Source: Candidatus Buchananbacteria bacterium CG10_big_fil_rev_8_21_14_0_10_33_19 (lineage in GTDB: Bacteria > Patescibacteriota > Patescibacteriia > 2-01-FULL-39-33). From it: a stretch of 64,000 nucleotides of DNA. The position numbers were made by a program, and so were the translations under genes. This document shows, in pieces, positions 61,247-64,000 of this stretch. The notes under the pieces were generated by a model. That model was not told where the DNA came from. It saw nothing but the letters and a program-made list of their open reading frames with translations, and ran no database searches. Positions within the stretch are counted from its first letter, which is position 1. Each line of letters opens with the position of its first letter. The stretch spans positions 6,090-70,089 of the forward strand of contig PEZY01000004.1 of assembly GCA_002773855.1 (NCBI GenBank), read 5' to 3'.

Positions 61247-61903
61247 ATGAACATCGCACCTTACATTGATCACACTTTGTTGAAACCCAACGCCACTATT
61301 TCCGAAATAGAGAAATTATGTCAAGAAGCTATGGAATACGGCTTTGCCACAGTCTGTGTTAATCCAATCTGGGTGGCAGACTGCCAATCCATACTCCAAT
61401 TATCATTAGTTGATATATGTACTGTAATTGGATTCCCGCTAGGCTCTAATACTTCAGCGGTTAAATCTTATGAGGCTATCAAAGCTATCGAAGCTGGTGC
61501 CTCTGAAATTGATATGGTAATAAATATTGGAGCCTTAAAATCTAGTTTACCAGCTAGAGTGGAGGATGATATTAATTTAGTAAGACAATCAACAATGAAT
61601 TCAACATTAAAAGTTATTATCGAAACTTGCTTGTTAACTGATGCTGAAAAAGAATTAGCCTGCACTTTTGCCAAAAATTGTGGGGCAGATTTTGTCAAAA
61701 CTTCTACCGGCTTTTCCACTGGTGGGGCCACTGTCGAAGATATTAAATTAATTAGAAAAGTCATTGGGCCAAATATGGGTATTAAAGCCTCTGGTGGTAT
61801 TAGAGATTTAAAAACCGCTCAAGCTATGATGTATGCTGGAGCTAATCGACTAGGCTGTAGTGCTAGTGTCGCTATCGTCAGTGAGGATAATCCAGTAGTA
61901 TAA
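61247..61903 (+). CDS. deoC: Deoxyribose-phosphate aldolase.
   Basis: 'YIDHTLLKP...TVCVNP' and Schiff-base 'VKTSTGF'. Confidence 0.85.
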   Translation: MNIAPYIDHTLLKPNATISEIEKLCQEAMEYGFATVCVNPIWVADCQSILQLSLVDICTVIGFPLGSNTSAVKSYEAIKAIEAGASEIDMVINIGALKSSLPARVEDDINLVRQSTMNSTLKVIIETCLLTDAEKELACTFAKNCGADFVKTSTGFSTGGATVEDIKLIRKVIGPNMGIKASGGIRDLKTAQAMMYAGANRLGCSASVAIVSEDNPVV

Positions 61904-61921
61904 AATGATCAATAAAAAAAC

Positions 61922-61946
61922 AACCGCAGTCATTGCGGTTTTTTTA
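61922..61946 (+). terminator. Terminator after deoC.
   Basis: AACCGCA-GTCAT-TGCGGTT followed by T7. Confidence 0.55.
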
Positions 61947-61960
61947 TTTAAAATTTTAAT

Positions 61961-62038
61961 TGGTGGACGATAGTGGATTCGAACCACTGACCTTCTCAAC
62001 GTCAATGAGACGCTCTAACCAGGCTGAGCTAATCGTCC
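61961..62038 (-). tRNA. tRNA-Val (anticodon GAC) with encoded CCA.
   Basis: Minus-strand cloverleaf: GGACGAT acceptor, anticodon stem TCTCA/TGAGA, loop TTGACGT, T-arm GGTTCGAATCC, 3' CCA. Confidence 0.8.
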
Positions 62039-62057
62039 ATAATAATTACTACAATAG

Positions 62058-62130
62058 TAGGCCTGGGTGGAATTGAACCGCCGACATCTACGTTATAAGC
62101 GTAGCGCTCTAACCACTGAGCTACAGGCCC
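62058..62130 (-). tRNA. tRNA-Ile (anticodon UAU). Anticodon assignment from a hand fold.
   Basis: Acceptor GGGCCTG/CAGGCCT. D-arm GCTC-AGTGGTTA-GAGC. Anticodon stem CTACG/CGTAG, loop CTTATAA. T-arm GGCGG-TTCAATT-CCACC with one C-A mismatch. Confidence 0.6.
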
Positions 62131-62198
62131 TCATAAATATAACAACCAAAGAAATATTAGCACACTTTTGGCATTTTTTCAAGGTATTTAAATAGACA

Positions 62199-62846
62199 CT
62201 ATTTAGTTTTTTTTCGAGACGCAAGCACAGTAGAAATAACACCTTTTATAATTGGTATAATTGATATCAAAATAATAATAATTATAAACAAACCAAAGTT
62301 TTCTTTGATCCAATTAATGTTACCAAAGAAATAACCACCAAAAATAAATATGGCACTCCACAAAAAAGCACCGATAACATTATAAGTTAAAAATGTTAAA
62401 TAAGACATGGTGCCAATACCAGCTACAAACGGTGCAAAAGTTCTAATAATCGGAATAAAGCGAGCTAGAATAATAGTTTTTTTACCATTCTTCTCATAAA
62501 ATTCTTGAGCTTTAACTAGATAGTCTCGACGAAAAAACCAAGACGTCTCTTTAGTAAATATTTTTACGCCAATCGCCTGACCAATGTGATAATTAACCGT
62601 ATCGCCTAATACCGAAGCCACAAAAATCACCAACCATAAAAACCAAATATCAAATAAACCAGTAGCGGCTAGAGCCCCAGCCGCAAACAACAAACTATCC
62701 CCTGGCAAAAATGGTGCTAAAACCACCCCGGTTTCTAAAAATATAATAAAAAATAAGATAACATAGGTAATCACCGAATATTCACTTACCAAAACCAGCA
62801 AATATTTATCAATATGCATTAACATCTCTAGTAATTGAATTATCAT
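62199..62846 (-). CDS. DedA-family (VTT domain) membrane protein.
   Basis: 'FLETGVVLAPFLPGDSLLFAAGALAA' and 'ARFIPIIRTFAPFVAG' DedA blocks. Confidence 0.8.
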   Translation of the reverse strand: MIIQLLEMLMHIDKYLLVLVSEYSVITYVILFFIIFLETGVVLAPFLPGDSLLFAAGALAATGLFDIWFLWLVIFVASVLGDTVNYHIGQAIGVKIFTKETSWFFRRDYLVKAQEFYEKNGKKTIILARFIPIIRTFAPFVAGIGTMSYLTFLTYNVIGAFLWSAIFIFGGYFFGNINWIKENFGLFIIIIILISIIPIIKGVISTVLASRKKTK

Positions 62847-62960
62847 AAATAAATTTAGTTTTAAACTCTAAATTGAGTAATCTAATTTAATTAAATATAA
62901 CAAAAAACAGCTAAACTTTCAAACCAAAAATAAAAAGGGATTTTCATCCCTTATATTTAT

Positions 62961-63140
62961 TTAATAATGCCTTAAAGAATCATCATCAAATGGACCGCCA
63001 TGTTTAATGGGGCCGCCACTAACCTTTAAACTCCCGCATTTTGGACATTTTATAGGTCCTGATAATACATCTGGTTTAAAAGTACAAAATTTGTGATTAC
63101 AATCATGGCATTCATAACGGTGATCTGGCACTAAAAACAT
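62961..63140 (-). CDS. Unlisted 59-aa FmdB-like Zn-ribbon protein.
   Basis: Translated by hand: 'MFLVPDHRYECHDCNHKFCTFKPDVLSGPIKCPKCGSLKV...'. GGAG lies 9 nt upstream of the ATG. Confidence 0.4.
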   Translation of the reverse strand: MFLVPDHRYECHDCNHKFCTFKPDVLSGPIKCPKCGSLKVSGGPIKHGGPFDDDSLRHY

Positions 63141-63258
63141 GGCATGTATCTCCTTTGTGATTAAAAAGAACTAAAGTCGATATTAAGAGCACGTGAAGTG
63201 TACCTAAAATAAATCGAAATGTAAATTCTGAGATTAATTGCTTAATTGCGAGTGTAAA

Positions 63259-63723
63259 TTACTTCAAATTTTCTTTTATTATTTCTATTTTTATTTGATC
63301 CTTATTATCATTTTTTATTTTTCTATAACCATCAATTAGTGATTTCTCATAAACCTTTAAATAATCATCAATTCTAAGTGTTTTATAATTGCCCATATCC
63401 TGAATCACTTCCAATTTTGTATAATCAATATCAGCAAATGGTAATAAATCTTCTTCACTAGCAAATGCTATTGTTATGCCATTTTTATTAAACTCATGTT
63501 CATGTAAATCAATTAAATCATATCCTAATTTTTCTATAAATATTTTCAATTGATCCCATTCTTTCTTTAAAAAATTTTCTGGGATCAATACATCAATATC
63601 TTGGGAGTTTAAATCTTGGTTTATAAGTTTTGATAATCCTAAAGACCCATACAAAACTGGTATTATACCAATTGAGTTTAGATTTTTTGCAAGATTAGTA
63701 AATTCTTTATATAATTTTTCCAT
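63259..63723 (-). CDS. Minimal nucleotidyltransferase-fold protein.
   Basis: 'YGSLGLSKLINQDLNSQDIDVLI' is a GS...DxD NTase motif. Confidence 0.4.
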   Translation of the reverse strand: MEKLYKEFTNLAKNLNSIGIIPVLYGSLGLSKLINQDLNSQDIDVLIPENFLKKEWDQLKIFIEKLGYDLIDLHEHEFNKNGITIAFASEEDLLPFADIDYTKLEVIQDMGNYKTLRIDDYLKVYEKSLIDGYRKIKNDNKDQIKIEIIKENLK

Positions 63724-63773
63724 TATTTTTTACAGCTATTTAAACAATATTTCGCTAACATAACTTCTCCCAC

Positions 63774-63989
63774 TTATTTAAACCATTTTTTAGCGCTATC
63801 TCTACGATGAGGACATCCGGGCCAACAACATGGTCTTTTCTTGCCTTTTTGTAAATCTTCACACAACCGTACTAAATGTTCTTTTCTGGTTTCATTCTTT
63901 TTTACAATCGTCACCCAACAAATCCATTCATTACGCGCCAGTGGTGTTAAATTATTCCACTTTTCAAGTACGCCTGACTTGGCCAGCAA
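63774..63989 (-). CDS. YdeI/OmpD-associated-family-like small protein. May extend past the window edge.
   Basis: 'LARNEWICWVTIVKKNETRKEHLVRLCEDLQKGKK' resembles the YdeI/OmdA C-terminal domain. Confidence 0.35.
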   Translation of the reverse strand: MLAKSGVLEKWNNLTPLARNEWICWVTIVKKNETRKEHLVRLCEDLQKGKKRPCCWPGCPHRRDSAKKWFK

Positions 63990-64000
63990 AACTTTTTTCA

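Overview
This is AT-rich, gene-dense bacterial chromosome. The protein repertoire and small membrane/Zn-ribbon ORFs suggest a reduced-genome lineage such as CPR/Patescibacteria, but that is inference. The standard genetic code appears to be in use, since long housekeeping ORFs are intact. Most genes are on the minus strand. Recognisable core genes:
- MerR/TipA-like regulator, an LRR lipoprotein, lgt, and pyruvate kinase.
- Peroxiredoxin plus rubredoxin, and oleate hydratase.
- A copper/thiol-redox cluster: CopA P-type ATPase, an HMA-permease-cupredoxin fusion, DsbA-like and CxxC membrane proteins.
- CIRCE-groES-groEL and a ClpP-like protein.
- LysM/M23 peptidase, ComM/YifB, lspA, DksA/TraR-like, rpsO-pnp, nitroreductase and YvcK.
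- tRNA-Arg(UCU) and tRNA-His(GUG).
- Nudix hydrolase, amidase_2, an MFS transporter and the complete F1Fo ATP synthase operon (atpBEFHAGDC).
- L-LDH, a Gpt-like PRTase, guaB, an ArsR-SdpI-SprT-like operon, tyrS, valS and deoC.
- tRNA-Val(GAC), tRNA-Ile(UAU) and DedA.

Unexplained or accessory-looking content:
1. A ~3 kb GC-rich island (~3440-6470) with a tight four-gene operon encoding a Zn-ribbon protein and three membrane proteins.
2. A fused O-antigen-ligase-like and radical-SAM/SPASM protein, translationally coupled to a nucleotidyltransferase-fold protein.
3. A GC-rich, apparently structured ~350-nt non-coding element driven by a perfect sigma70 consensus promoter upstream of the dksA-like gene.
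4. A sulfotransferase, kinase-like and methyltransferase cassette.
5. A small GC-shifted patch with out-of-frame overlapping ORFs.
6. A catalytically degenerate DHH/DHHA1 homolog.

No transposase, integrase or CRISPR array was seen.
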